NCBI GenBank assembly: GCA_023920165.1
Contig: CP089275.1
Location: forward strand, 2,604,001-2,668,000
Direction of reading: 5' to 3'
Length of the DNA stretch: 64,000 nucleotides
Source of the DNA: Curvularia clavata
Lineage: Eukaryota
Positions 1 through 13,980 of the stretch are shown one piece after another. Within the stretch, counting starts at the first letter, position 1, and each line of letters starts with the position of its first letter. Made by a program: the position numbers and the translations under genes. Below the pieces are notes generated by a model. That model saw only the letters and a program-made list of their open reading frames with translations. It searched no databases and was not told where the DNA came from.

Positions 1-768
1 CACGTCCGTGCTGGCATTCTTGAGTGTATTGGCAAGATACGTGGAGCCGTAAAGACCTTGTTCCTCGCCAGCGACAGCTCCGAGGATAATTGTGGATTTG
101 GGCTGGTGCTTCGATAATACACGAGCAATCTCCATGGCAACTATCTGAGATCAGCCTCTCTGTCTGCGCAATAATAGACAAAGTCACTTACTAGCCGTCC
201 CACTGGCGTCGTCGTTGGCACCTGGTGAGTCTGCCTCGTAGTTGAGAACATCCGTAACACGACTGTCATAATGTCCAGTCATAACGTAGACGCGGCTTGG
301 ATCTTGACTTCCTTTGGCGGTTGCTAAGACATTCGAGATGGTGACGGGGAATGGAATTCGGCTGGCCACACCTTGGACGTAGCTTTGAACTTCGACCGTC
401 ATGGTGCCGTTACTCTGGTCGGCATACTTTTGCATTTCGGAAGCAATCCAATCTCTCGCTGCATGAATGCCACGCGTTGAGCTGTTATATGTCGCAAGCG
501 TGTGGCGAGTACCAAAGGAAACCAGCTTCTTGATGGTAGCTTCGATGTTTGCAGCGCTCACTTCACTCAACATTGCCCGCATCTCGTCATCCGGCGCTTG
601 CGGGATAAGCTCACGACCAACGTTCGAGGGTGGCCATGCTGCATTCGCACATTGAATGTACGACTGGTCATTGACTGCAACTGGGGGTGGCAGAAGATGC
701 TCATGATCATCATGAGCGCATACCACAGAGAGCAGCACGCTGGTGCATAACACTAGTGGCAGACGCAT
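1..768 (-). CDS. Secreted M28 family metallopeptidase (aminopeptidase-like), 3' end outside window
   Basis: ATG at 768 gives signal peptide MRLPLVLCTSVLLSVVCA. M28 zinc-ligand motifs GHYDS and PGANDDASG are present. After intron 141-191 the frame continues IAMEIARVL...AGEEQGLYGS to the window edge. Confidence 0.9.
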
Positions 769-1622
769 TTTGAAATACGCAGAGGGGCGGATTTGGATAT
801 AGTTCATGGTGGTTTCCCAATGGCCCTTATAAAGCGAGCGAATGGCCCATGGCTAAGATAGCATGGCGGCATGTCATGACATCAAACGGCACTGGATGTG
901 TCCGGGTTCTAACGAGCTTCCTGTAGTGGTTAGTAATCTCAATGCCATACCAATGCAATAGCCGACATCTAGTCTTGTAATTGTCTTTGAATAGCCGTAG
1001 TCATCGGCTCGGCGGGAGCAAGCACACACAGCCGCCTCAGCCAGACAAGGATCGGGTCAGTGATTACCCGTATAGGCAGGAGGTGGACGGGACTACGTAA
1101 CGTGGGTCTACTACACTCGACGGAACGATAAGGAAGATGGAGAAGAGCTCAAGGCGATGAGAATAATCATTGCGAAATGGTATTGTATACCAGCCAGCGT
1201 GTAGTAGCGGCGGGGCATGAGTGTCGACTATGCCCAGGACGAGGAGTTTTGGGAATAGAGTTTCCGGGATGAATGGGCGAGATTGCTGTGACGGTATGGC
1301 AGAAACTCCAAAACGCTCAATTGCTCGATTTATGAAGTGTTGAGACTCCCCAATGCGTGTGTTGAAGAGCGTGTCGGGAGAGTGCTTCGCATAGGGTAGG
1401 AAAGAGACGAGGTGGGGAGAAGTGGTTATGTCTAATTAGGCTAGCGCAAACCCTACCGCAGGCACCAAAGATGGACACTCGCGATGATGCAATGTGTCAA
1501 GTCAGCGAAAGAATTACATCCCAGGCGCCAATCCAGTCCCAGCTATCCAAAGTTGCTGTATCTACCCTCCCGATACTACTGAAACAATTCTCGACGCGCG
1601 ATCACGACTGGAGAAGCTTGTC

Positions 1623-2496
1623 ATGGTTCGTCTTCTCGCGCACACTTAGTGCGGCGCAAACTCACGTCGCAAACAGAACGCTCTATTCAATTCAGCCTTG
1701 CGGCAATCTACCTCGATACGGAAGGATCTGGACCAATTTGCCGATGCATCTTCGCCCTCGCCGCACCTCCAGGCCCAGCTCAATGCCTCCCTCGCAACAT
1801 TCGCGCGTACCATTGATGACTATGGCAAACTCGCCAGGCAGGAACCGGTCCAAACAAAGGCCGAAAAGGCACAGGAGAGATTGAAGAACTTCCGAGCCGA
1901 GCTGGAGGAGTATCGCGCGAGCTTCAAACGCATAAAGAGTGCCAATGAGGACGTTGTACGTTTCGAGCTGCTGTCCGCTCCCTGAGTCGAAGCCAACATT
2001 CACTTACCCACCGCCATAGCGAACAACAGAAGCACGAACCGAACTTCTAGGTCGCCGCCCTCACAACACAGCTACGCCTGAAAACCCATATTCGCAACCC
2101 AACCTCGCTGCCCAGCACTCGGCCTTTGCGCCTTCACAGCCCTACGACCCCAACGCCCCCTACCGGCCCAACGCGTACTCAGCAGGAGCCCCTCAAGGCG
2201 GCCAATACGATCGCGAAGGTCATCTTTTGCGAGAGAATACCTTCTTCAACAAAACGTCTGAGCAACTCGATGAATTCCTTGACAGAGGAAGGGCTGTGCT
2301 GGGCGATTTGGGCCAGCAGAGAGATATGTTGAAGGGTACTCAGAGAAGGCTCTACACAGTCGCCAATACCCTAGGCATCAGTGGAGACACCATTCGCATG
2401 GTCGAGAGACGAGCGAAGCAGGACAAATGGATCTTTTGGGCTGGTGTTGTCATCTTCTTTCTATTCTGCTGGCTCGTCATCCACTTTCTGCGCTGA
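1623..2496 (+). CDS. BOS1: ER-Golgi Qb-SNARE Bos1/membrin
   Basis: Exons 1623-1625 (ATG only), 1677-1955 and 2020-2496 give MNALFNSALRQSTSIRKDL...RTELLGRRPH...ANTLGISGDTIRMVERRAKQDKWIFW plus a C-terminal TM helix. Both introns are GT-AG. Confidence 0.9.
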
Positions 2497-2934
2497 GGCC
2501 AGTCCACGTCTTTGGCTTTTGCTCAATTCTGGGCTTTTCACTAGGTTTAGCAAGGCGTTCGGTGCATTCTATAGAGGAATTGAGGGAATGCGAGGTTTTT
2601 TTCGCGTGCAAAAACAGGACAGGCCTGAGGCGCCATGTATTTCTGATGCATAAGTTTACTGCTAGAATTCCGCCACAAAAGGGATTGATATATTGAACCA
2701 GCATAGGGTTTCTGATCAGCGTCAAAAAAAACCATCTACCAACGTGATCCGCATATTCTTCACTTTTCCTAAGTTCGACAGCCCGTGACATAAGCTTGGG
2801 AAGATTATGCTGATTCTCACAGCATTTATAGTACTATGATACACCAAATACTCGATCCAGATCAAATAACACTTAACCAGACATGGGAATATTACACCAA
2901 CCCAAAAACGCCACATCAAATGATTTCCTACGAC

Positions 2935-5900
2935 TTACCAGTCCAAACCTCCAGCCCCTCTCTCACCTCCCGCGAGTATCTGTGCAGCCTTTCCCTTCTC
3001 CCCAAGGCCCCCCTCCAGATGCGAAACCGGCACTCCTTTCCTTCCCTTCAATTGTAATCTCTGTAGCTTCTTGTCCAGCGCCACAAACGGATCCTCCGAC
3101 TCACGCTTTGTGATTTTGAATTTGCTTGTTCCCAGCACACTGTCTAGCTCCTCTACACTCGGTAACTTGACATATAGCCACCCATCACTTCTTTCCTCGA
3201 TCGGGAAAACGGCAATGTTGACGGATTCGTCGTTGGCACATTTGCCTGCGTTGTCGCCAGAAAGCTCGTAGTTGCGCTTGTGATAGGGACATGACACCCA
3301 AAGCTTGTTGTTTGCTAGGTCATCACCAATGAGTCCATCAGATAGCACAAAAGCGCGCTTGTGAGGACACATTTGCTGTGTGCAGTAGTATTTCCCACGA
3401 ACTTTGAATACGGCAAGCTGTGTGTCGCCTCGCTTAATGGCCTTGCTGTCTCCTGTATCTGTATCCTGGAACTCCTCAGCCTTGACAAGCGGTTGCCATG
3501 ATAGCTCGGTCCATTTTGTTCCACGGAAGTCTTCAGTGACCGAATCTTTTGGCCAGTATGAAGGCCGTTCTTGGCCGCGCTCTTGTGTTGGCTCAATGGT
3601 GTCGATAATGTTCTCTGATGTGTTTGCGAACTGAGAGAACCAAGCACGTTTCTTTGGGTCTTTAAGCACCTCGGTCCATTCGCAGAAAAACGTACCAACG
3701 AGATCTTCCATCTGCTTCTCTAGATCAGCGCAGATGCCGAGCTTGTCTTCTAGAATGACTTCCTGGAGGTACTTGATGCCGCCCGGGAGATTTTCAATCC
3801 AACGAGCTGTTCTTTGCAGCTTGTCGGCTGTTCGGATGTACAACGCAAGATAGCGATCGAGGATGGGGACAACTTCATCCGGCGGCACGTCCTTGGCCAG
3901 CAGCTCTGAGTGTCTAGGCTTCGCACCACCGTTACCGCCGACGAAAATGTTGAATCCTTTCTCGGTGGCGATGAGACCGAAATCCTTGTTCTGAGCCTCC
4001 GCACATTCACGGACGCAGCCGGACACACCGCCCTTTATTTTGTGCGGACCACGGATAGACTTGTAGCGCTCTTCTAAACGAACAGCCATGCCGACACTGT
4101 CACCAATGCCGAAGCGGCACCATGTAGTTCCCACGCATGATTTGACAGTTCTGAGAGACTTTGCATACGCATGTCCAGATTCCATGCCGCCGTCAATGAG
4201 TTCTTGCCAGATATCTGGGAGATCTTGCTTGCGCGCGCCAAACATGTCGATGCGCTGTCCACCTGTGATCTTCGTGTAAAGATTGTATTTCTTTGCCACT
4301 GTTCCGATAATGATAAGCTTCTCCGGTGTGATCTCGCCGCCAGAGACACGAGGAACGACAGAAAAGGTGCCGTTACGCTGGATGTTCGCCAGGAATCGAT
4401 CATTGGTATCTTGGAGACCTCTGTTGCTCACCTCCAGGAGGTGCTTGTTATACAACGAAGCGACAATATTTCCGATTGTGGGTTTGCAGGCCTCGCATCC
4501 TAGGGAATTCGGATCTTTGCCAGCCTCCTTCATGACAGCAGCAAAGTTTTTCAGGCCCTTGACATGGATGATATTGAAAAGGTCGGCACGCGAGTATTCA
4601 AAGTGCGGGCAAAGATGGTTCTTCACCTCGTTGCCCATAGCCGCCATGGTCTTGTTGAAGATGGTTTGTACGAGTGGCATACAACCACCACAGCCGGTGC
4701 CAGCTTTGGTGCACGACTTGACGTCGCCAATACTCTTGCATGTTCCATCCTTGGTGGCATTGACGACATCACCCTTGGTAACGTTGTGGCATGAACAGAT
4801 CTGGGTATCATCGGCTCTGCATGCAGTCAGTGGCAACATCCTATAGTTTTTGGTGCGGTACTCACAGATCGGAACCGTCGTCTTCACCCTTCTGGACACC
4901 GACGATAAGCTCACTAGGCGCTACTTCAAGTGGTTTTTGGTTTTTGACCATGGGCAAAAGCTTGATGTAATCCTTTGTGTCACCGATCATCATGCCGCCC
5001 AGCAGATACTTGCCATCCATGGTAAACAAATACTTCTTATATACTTGCTGGAACGGGTCTTTGTAGGTGAGTGCCTTGACTGGTGGAGGAGCTGGTCCAT
5101 CTGTCAGACTTTTGACACGGTCTCGCGTCGTCTTCGCATTTGGCTCCTTGCTGTCAGCGCGCTGGCGTCCAGGCATGTTCTTGGGTCCGTCACGATCCGC
5201 AAAGAAGTCACCAAAGCTTGCAACCTCGACGCCGAGTAACTTGAGCTTGGTACTGAGATCAGGCGCCTTGAATTTCCGTGGCGCATGAGCTTTCGCTTGG
5301 GTCAGGTTGAAAGCGAGTACGTCAGCCATCTCTACGCCGGGGGCGATGAGCCCAAAGGTTTGGCTCTCCCAGTTGGCACATTCACCAACGGCATAGATGT
5401 CTGGTTGAGATGTGGACAGATCTGATCCGACAACAATACCGCCTCCTCGATCCGCACATTTGATGCCGGCCTTCCTAGCTAGCTCATCTCGTGGTTTGAT
5501 GCCGATCTGCAAAAGTCAGTTTTGGTGGTAATTTATGATGCTGAGTACACTTACAGCAAAGCAAATGCAGGAACAGTCCATTTCCTCGCCATCTTCAAAT
5601 ACCACTCCCTTGACAAAGTTGTCTTCGGTTGTGATTATCTTTCCCACTCTCTTACTGAGCATGACATCCAGACCCAGTGCTCTGACTTGCTCCACAACCA
5701 TACCTCCAGCATCACCATCCAGTTGTCTTGACAACACCCACCGATTTCTCTCAATCAGCTTGACGCTTGCGAAATTCTCAAGATCCATCATCGCGTGTGC
5801 GGCCTCGAGACCAAGCAAGCCACCACCGACAACTGCTCCTGTTGTGCCTTTTCGTGTGGTGGAGAACTCGATCAGCCTTTGCAGATCCTCGATTGTACGA

Positions 5901-6604
5901 TACACGAACACGCCCTTTGCATCATGGCCAGGCGTGTGTCGGGGAAGAAGTGCGTCAGATCCTGTTGCAAGAACCAAGATGTCATATGATACCATTTGCC
6001 CGGATGATGTTTTAACGACCTTTTCTCTAGCATCTATCTCGGTGACAAGACTGTTAAGGTGGTACCTCAGTGCGCCTTCTGGCATTGAAGAATACTGCAA
6101 GAAAGTTAGATCAGCTCTATACCCCAGCGTAATTACCACATACCCATTCTTCTGGGTTGAGATACAAGTTTTCAACTTTGCGGTGTTGGAAAAAGCTAGT
6201 CAGACCAACGCGGTTGTATGCGAGATGCGGCTCTTCGCCGATAACGATTATGTCGTATTCTCTCCGCTTCACGTCATATTTCATGAGTTTCTCTCTGAGT
6301 CTCATCAGCTTTTGCTCTGCACTTTCCAATGCTGTTGGGCCTACATGAAGGCTATGCCCACCATGCCAAATCCTACGACCACTAAACGTTTCCGTGGGTG
6401 ACCTTGATTGATCATACCCTTGCTCTTTAGATCGGTAATCTTTTCGGGCAGTCTGTTGGCTTCGGCATCATTCCACTGTCTGTTTGATATGCTGCCGTCT
6501 TTTGATCCCCACGTTGCTGTGATATGGCGGTCGCCAGGTGGTGAGTGTGATTCGCCAGATGAGGGCTCGATACCATGAATTACGATTGGTTCAGTCTCCG
6601 CCAT
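2935..6604 (-). CDS. niiA: Assimilatory NAD(P)H nitrite reductase (multi-exon)
   Basis: FAD-binding VVVGFGMVG and NAD-binding [15 protein letters not shown]-like [17 protein letters not shown]; siroheme/4Fe-4[13 protein letters not shown] and [11 protein letters not shown]-terminal Rieske CPHK..CPYH. ORF pieces are joined by GT-AG introns. Confidence 0.97.
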
Positions 6605-7177
6605 TTTTGTTCCAAGGCAATCTCCTCTAAAGCCTTGTACAAGTTGCGCAAAAGGATAGTGGTACTCTTGGCCAGGAGAACAGGTGTCGTCCCACTATCC
6701 GCCTCCAGAGCAATAATGTCAAGTGCAAATGGAACGGAAAAAGCAAAGCGGGTGGAATAAGGTGGACGAGGAAGAATGTTCAAAACGTTGATCAGTACAA
6801 GAGAGAAGAAGTAAACCAAGCCAGAGAAGCCTGTGGCGTGAGAAATGCGCTCCCGGCTTTCAACAAACGCCTCCCTTTCCCGCTCACGCCTGCACACGGC
6901 AAATCAGGCTGTGCGACACCATAGAATGATTCATCACGATCCAATCCAGCTCAAGCATTTCTCCCGCAAATGCACTTACGTCCACTCCCTCTTCCGCGGT
7001 GCTTGCGGAAATGCATCATAATCGCAGAGCCGAGACTAGGGTGACCATCTCCGGTAGACGTCAAAACAGCATGTTGTGGACAGGGATGTACCCCAGTCCG
7101 GTAGTGATAGATGGCAGCGGTTATCATTGCGTGGGTTGCTAGTGGTACAAGGCAATGGGGTGCAAGTGTTTGTGGTT

Positions 7178-7456
7178 CTCCGTGGAGATTGTTGGTGGGT
7201 TGTGCCAATGTGGAGATTGATTCTTCCTTATCGCGACCTGACAAGATAGGCATGTCTTGGCAGCAGGGATTGGGATTGGGGTGAACTCACATTCCTTATC
7301 AGAAAATGATCGGAGATGCAATAACATGGTAACGTGTTTCCGGACTCATGCTTTGACCATTTACAGAAGATCTCTGGTGTTACTTGGTGACATGTGTGAA
7401 AACGGAGCAAAAGCTGCGTAGTAATAAACACGATGTGAGGCTGGAGCTTTCTTATC
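7178..7456. promoter_or_regulatory. NirA-type site and AreA-type GATA cluster upstream of niiA
   Basis: CTCCGTGG at 7178-7185 matches the NirA consensus CTCCGHGG. HGATAR sites on either strand at 7227, 7244, 7295 and 7451. Confidence 0.6.
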
Positions 7457-7668
7457 GGTACCTATGTACCTAATCTAATAAAGCCGAACAAAGGTTTTTT
7501 GCAACGATACGATACTTTCGTGTTATTCTCGAGGTTGCATTAGGCTCAGCATTAGTCTGTATATTTGGATTTGACTGAGTACATGAAAGAACCACGGTAG
7601 TGCACTAACCTACCTGGTCTTCAAGTATTTGATAGAAATACAAAAGTCATGGTTGACGAAGTGAAACT

Positions 7669-10468
7669 CTAAAAAACCAAAATCTCGTCCTCCCCCCACC
7701 CAAACTTCCTCAGTACCTCACATGTCGCCTTCTCCAAAGCTTCCGGTCCACAAACCAGTACCATGCTCTCACCCTCTCCCCTCACACATTCTTCCTTGAG
7801 CATCTCTTCTCCAATCCTTCCCCTCCTTCCCACCCATTCCTCATTCCCTTTGGTTAGCGTATGTAAAATCTTACATCTATCTCCATTATCTCTCGCAAAA
7901 GCGTCTAGATCTTCCCTGCAGAGTATGTCGTCAGTCGTACGGTTCCCATACAACACGGTACAATGTGTTGCGTCTTCCTGATCCTGCATGACTGCACGCA
8001 GGACTTGGTAAATGGGTGTGATGCCGCTGCCCCCACAAACCATGTAGAAACGCTTGACTGTTCTTTGCTCTTTGCCATTGATGCTACAGAGTCCGCGACC
8101 CAGGTATTCAAATTTGCCAATGGGACCTTTGACATCGAGACTGTGACCAAGAGGCAGAGCGTCAAGTGCTTTTGTCATCTTGCCACCAGCGCGAGACGGC
8201 GTGTCGGCGTAGACCTTTATGAGGATATCACAATACCCTGGTTGATTTGTTGGCGAGATGGGCGTGTAGGAGCGAATGATCGCGTCGCGGGTGACGGGGT
8301 CACGTAGTCGAAGCATGAGATGCTGACCAGTGGGCAGACCGAGAGTTTGGTCGTCGTGATCAAGCTTAAAACGGAAGATGTGTGTATCCGATGAGACTCT
8401 CGTTTTCGAGTGGAGAATAGTCTTGCGCCATTCGCGGGGATGGAGGAAGATTGGCCGCGATTCCGCAGACTCTGCGCTCGGCTGGCCTTGTACTAGAGCC
8501 TTCTGAGATGCTTTGTCTAGGGTGCCGATATGGTAGTCTGGCATCATTTTCTTTGCTGTCTCACTATCTGCATATCGTCAGTATGTTTACTCAAATGCCA
8601 GCTTCAATACATGACTCACGAATTGCCATAAACTCATCCGTAGCGTCCGTTCCTGCGGCGCTCACGATGCTTTGCGCACCACCTGGATGCCCTTCCAGAA
8701 ATGCGGTACCATCGTACACCTCTCCGTTCAACACAAACCACGGGCTTTCTTCCCCTTCATGTTTTCGCAACTCGTCAATGCCAATAACGTTGTCAATACC
8801 ATCCTTGGTCATCTTGATCTCTTTGGCCGCTTCGACAGCGGCATGTTCTTGCTCTTCGCCGTCCACCTTTTCTCCCCAGTGCCCGTTTGTAAGGTTGCCC
8901 CCAGCCTTTTTGACGCGCTCCATCCATCCGCCAGGCATCAGAGCAGGCTGGGTAGGATGCTCAAATCGAAGCGTATCGCCTTCTTTGTGTATCACTATCC
9001 GGAACCATGGATTGTTCATCATGCCCAAGACACTCCAGTACATGTCTTTTGGTTGTATGCACATGGACTCATCCATGACTCTTAATACGATGTCGTCTGC
9101 TTGTTTGAGTTCCTCGGTGTCAATTGCAATGTTCCAGAAACACCAGCAGAAACTCGTCTCGCGCCAGTCCATATCTAATCTTGCGCCGTATAGCTGTCGA
9201 TCCACGAAGGCCCGGTACTTGTCTTCCGGATAGTCGATATTCGCAAGTCTCCAGGATTTTCCTTGGTCCAAAGACAGCTCACAACGCGTTACGCGTCGGC
9301 CGCCACCACTATAAGCATAGCCTCGTACGTTATAAGAGCCTTTGATCGACGAGAGGGCTAGTTTCTCGTTATGCTCAGGAAACGCAATGGCTGAATTTGG
9401 AGAAAGGTCATAGATGGCGTAGCGCTCGTCAACCCACCATCGAGCATTCTTGGCTGCTTCGTCCGGATCGACCATAGCAGGCAGTACTCTGTTGTCGTAA
9501 ATGTGGTACCAGTTGTCACTGGGCTCGGCTGTGATGATCAGCTTCTTCAACCACTTGACACTTCTGCCGCCAATTTGACCCGGTATCACTGCCCTTAACG
9601 GTTTTCCGTGATCGGGTCTCAACATTTCACCATTCATCTTGTGCGCCAACATGATGCCTCGATTGGGGTCCATTACCCAGTTGAGTTTTACCGACGTGCC
9701 ATAGTATCCATTGGGCTATACGAACTTTTAGCGGCTGGGGTGGTACGCGCAGTGTTCCTACTTACAAGCTTGTCTGCACCCTCCATGCAAACATACTTTG
9801 CCCTCCGCAGCGGCTTCGCTCGTTCGATTACATCTTTCATGACTACACCAGTAAAGAGTGCAGTTGAAACACCCGCTGGACCCCATGAGAAGCCTTTGCT
9901 CTTTCGAACAACGTTCTGTTCCTTTCGTCTGTTCCCAGCACAGACCAGGGTAATAGGATACGTCACATTCTCATACTCCTCCAGTAACTGTCGTAGGGTG
10001 ATTCTTAGAGGGTTTTCTACCAGACTGGAAGGTCTCAGCACCTATTAAACTCATTGTCGTTGACGAAAATATGGCTTACCCTTCAACGGAGAACTCCCAG
10101 TCTAAACATTCCGCATCATGAACTTCTGGTACTGCGCCATGATTTCTAACATAGAACAGCTCTGGGCTAGTAAGAAATCCCTCGTTGAAAAGATCAGTCA
10201 ACGGCGCTTCAACATTGAATGGATGAACGCCAGTAAGCCGGATCAGCCTTGGGTCTCGTGGCACATGCGCATCCGGAGTGGGTTTGTCGAGATCTAGGAC
10301 TTGTGGGGGTGTGTTTGCCGGCGGAGGAAGTGGGAAGTCTGGCTCTGTTGAAGACGAAGTGGTAGATTCGTTATCGTTTCCATCTACAGTCTCTGGTGGT
10401 GAGGGTGGCAGTTGCTGTGAAAGAAGTGATATGGCGGCCGTCGCCGGCTTTTGAGTGTCTACGCTCAT
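7669..10468 (-). CDS. niaD: Assimilatory nitrate reductase (Moco, cytochrome b5 and FAD domains; 3 introns)
   Basis: RLTGVHPFNVE, FYVRNHG and LVCAGNRRKEQN (Moco Cys); cytochrome b5 HPGG; RSYTP, GGSGITP and CGP in the reductase domain. ATG at 10468 (MSVDTQK); introns near 8570-8620, 9715-9765 and 10023-10080. Confidence 0.97.
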
Positions 10469-10872
10469 GATGTATGATAGTCGTGTGCAACCACAAAATT
10501 CAGACTGATGTCGACACACGGTTGCTATGCTCGACCACGCACACTACACACAGAAAGGGCTTGAAAAAAACGAGAATACAAGTGTCAAACACCAAAGCGG
10601 AATGAATTAATGTAACTCAAAGGAGGCAAAGCGAGGATAGATGTATAGGGTTGCTGACGTCGAACTAGATGCCGCAATTCTTCTAGGGTATCATTTCAGC
10701 CACCATGCTGTTAGCACTACACGCCCACGTCGGCAGCTTACATCGCAACACCGCGGAAACCCAACTTCGATCTGTGGAGAAAGCATCAAACGAGACATGC
10801 CGTCACCATCCCCGCTATCGCCGTGGGCTGGACTTTGATTATGTCGAATTACTATAGACTTTCGGCATGCGA

Positions 10873-11396
10873 CCTTATCTCTAAGGCTGAAAGAGAGATA
10901 GCGCCAGATATGGAGTGGCGACAAAAGCGAGCGATCCCAATGCGTACACCGTTCCTGGCTGGACCACATAGCGTGGGTAAAATGTGGGGGTTCGAGGAAC
11001 ATGGGTTAAAGACTTTTTCGCCGGAGATAAACCACTTTACCACGCTTTCTCCTGCTACTACCACAACTTGCAGGAAGATTTGACTCTATGCTGGTCCTCG
11101 GCATGCTCGAACATTGGATTGGCCTCAGCTCAGAAGTCTTTATGCCTACCGGCGCGCAATCATTGTCCCTACGTTGGTGTTGGTCGCACAATGCTGGTGG
11201 GCGAATTGCCAACCATGACGCGTTCATTGACGCAGTTGACAATCGCCTGTGTGAATGCTGAAGCTTGTGTCCAAAGCGTGACCAGCTCTCTCGCTGATCT
11301 CAAGGCGGATAAACAAATTCGGTGTGGTTTAATGTTTACTCAGACAATGGCGGCCGTTTTGATAATCTGATACAGGCAGTGCGTGCTTCTCCGCGG
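10873..11396. promoter_or_regulatory. GATA cluster and NirA-type site upstream of niaD
   Basis: CTCCGCGG at 11389-11396. GATA cores near 10873, 10896, 11025, 11308 and 11361. Confidence 0.5.
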
Positions 11397-11487
11397 GTTT
11401 TACAGGGTCAGCGGTACTAGCCTGAAGCGGTGGACCTCTACACAGCCGCCCCACCGCTTTCAATCATGACAAGTGCTCTGATAGTAT

Positions 11488-13605
11488 TCATCCAAGAAGC
11501 TTCTCTTTGAGCGTCTGTCCTTGCCCCAGGGGCCCCACTTGTACACGCCCTTGTAGTCGATGTTCCAATGTCTCTGCGCGAGCCTTCATGCGTTGTTCAG
11601 ATCTGCGCTTCATACTCGCTTTGTCATACCGGCCCCGGACTCCATGCTTTAGGCGTGTAATCATGTCAGCCGCTTTGCCTTTTGTGAGGTCGCTGGGATT
11701 CAGGTGGTCTTCTTCTGGTCGGGACCTATTGATGAAGTCAACTTGGGCCTGCGAAGCGCGGCTCCTCCGCCATGACTGGTTCTTGTTGATCCAGATAAAT
11801 TGAAACGCGTCTGCCGCATATGTATCTGCCGCATGGACGACATGGCCAAAGGACTCGCCTTCAGCGATGACACGTGGTGTACCATAAGGACTTTTTGTTT
11901 GCTTGGTCAGAGGAAGCTTCCAATAATACTTTGCTCTGAAGAAGCCCTCGTCCTTCTCAGAGGGCTCAATAACGAGGTAGTTTCCAGTTTTTCCGCTTAG
12001 GACATATCTACCCTCGCCTACACCAACCCACGCGTTTGGGCTAAGATTGCGAATATATTGGTCGCCCGAAGTATCCGCTATAAGATCGTGTACGGAGTCG
12101 TAGTCGGTGAAGGAAATGCTGCCAGGCAGCTTCTTAGTAATCGTCTTTTGCTTCAGCATAGACGCTGCTTCTTCTGCTTCTCTTTGCTTTTCAGCGTCTC
12201 TCTTTTCCCTGAGCTTTGCCAGAGTCTTTGTGTCTGCTTTCTCCACGAGCTCCGCAGGATCCAAACCGAACAAGGTAGGTGTCGAGACAACACCGGTGCT
12301 CAAAGCGGCAACCATGTCAATGATGTGGCAATTCTCTTTACCTTCATATAGGCGCATACCACGTCCGATCATCTGGACAAGAAGATTGCGAGATTTGGTG
12401 GGCCGGACCAAAAGCACACAGTCAATGTTGGGAATGTCTGTGCCCTCGGTGAATACGCCGCAGTTGAGCAAGACAGGAAACTGTCTTCTCCTAAAGGCAT
12501 CGATCCTTGCGCTGCGTGTTTTGGTAGGCGTCTCTCCCGTGACAAATTGCGCATCGATTCCGGATTGGCGAAATAGGGCAGTGAGATTGGTTACATGACT
12601 GAGGTCGACGCAAAAGATGAGAGTAGAGTGGCGGTCCTTTGCCTTGGCCATCCACGTCTTGACAACGAGCTCATTAGTTTCATCCGTGTTAATGGCTCTA
12701 GAAAGGGCAGCGGCCTGAAAATCTCCATTCACCCCTGTGCCGACTTTGGTCAGGTCAGCCTTGATTTCGGCGGTCGTAAAGATGACGTCGGAAAGCCAAT
12801 TCTCTTCAATCATGTCCACATAGTCTCTATTTCTAGTCAGCATGCAATTAGCGTGTTATAATTGGCAGTCCTACCGGTGGTATACAATGTGGTCAATGAC
12901 AGCCCCAAGCCTCCTACCATCAAAACGAGAGAAAGTGGCCGACACACCCACCAAAGCGGGGACGCTCGTTTGACTCCAGTCGGCCGCATGTCGCAGTCCA
13001 AAGTGCTCTAGCACGTCAAGATAAGTCTGGCTGACAATGTGATGGGCTTCGTCAACCAAAACAAGTTTGTAGCGGGCAGGATCAAACTTGTGTAGACGGT
13101 CGCCTGAGGTGATGCTTTGGATGGAGGCGACTGTGATGTCAGCAGCCCCCGAGGCTTGATGGCTGCCCATTTCAATGTCTACATGCTTGGTAGGGTATGC
13201 AAGAGCACAATGCCGCGCAGCCTGCTCAACGAGCTCACGGCGATGAGCGAGGATGAGCGTCTGGGTAGCCTTGCCATTGGCAGGAATGCGGTCGATAAGG
13301 TGGGTGAAGATGACGGTTTTGCCAGAACCTGTTGCCAATGACACGCCCAGGCGCTTATGGCCGTGACTAAGGTACGACAGGACTGCCTGAATACATTCCT
13401 CTTGGTATTCGCGCAGGATGACGGGGTTTGGTGATGGAGGTGGGGGCGGGGGTGATGTTGACAGTAGCGATGGTGACGATGGCGTTGATCTGGCACTGGC
13501 TTTGGCCCGGGATGACCGCGAAGCATATCTGACTATGATGTGAACAAGGCGATGACGATGGCAATGGCCAGCTCGAGTGCACAGTCTCAGTGCATGGCGA
13601 AACAT
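11488..13605 (-). CDS. IRC3: Mitochondrial SF2 DEAH helicase, Irc3-like
   Basis: Arg-rich mitochondrial-type presequence; Q motif [33 protein letters not shown] and QMIGRGMR. One intron near 12830-12875. Confidence 0.85.
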
Positions 13606-13980
13606 GAAGACGCGTTGAGGGGGAGCGAAACTGTCGCCAAGTCACGATGCATGACGCAGCCTAGGGCAAGTGGGCCGCAACTACGTATGTAAGCCATACA
13701 TCGCCATGTTTTCTTCCACGAACAATGCACGCATCAGGGTGGCCGAAGGAGGGTCATGGATGTGATGAACCAGGCTGTGCCGGATAAAAGTCAGCAATTG
13801 ACGGCGCTTTCTCTGCCATCAAGAATGAGGTGCAGCTTGCGCACGTGACACTGGAAAGTTTGCTCGAGCCAAATCCGGCTTAGCTCGATAGCACCTCTTT
13901 GCTAGACTACCTCTTCCTTTCCTTCTGCACGTCTGCCACTAATTCTGTCGTCCAATGGTATTTCTCCTTTCTTGCGCGCG

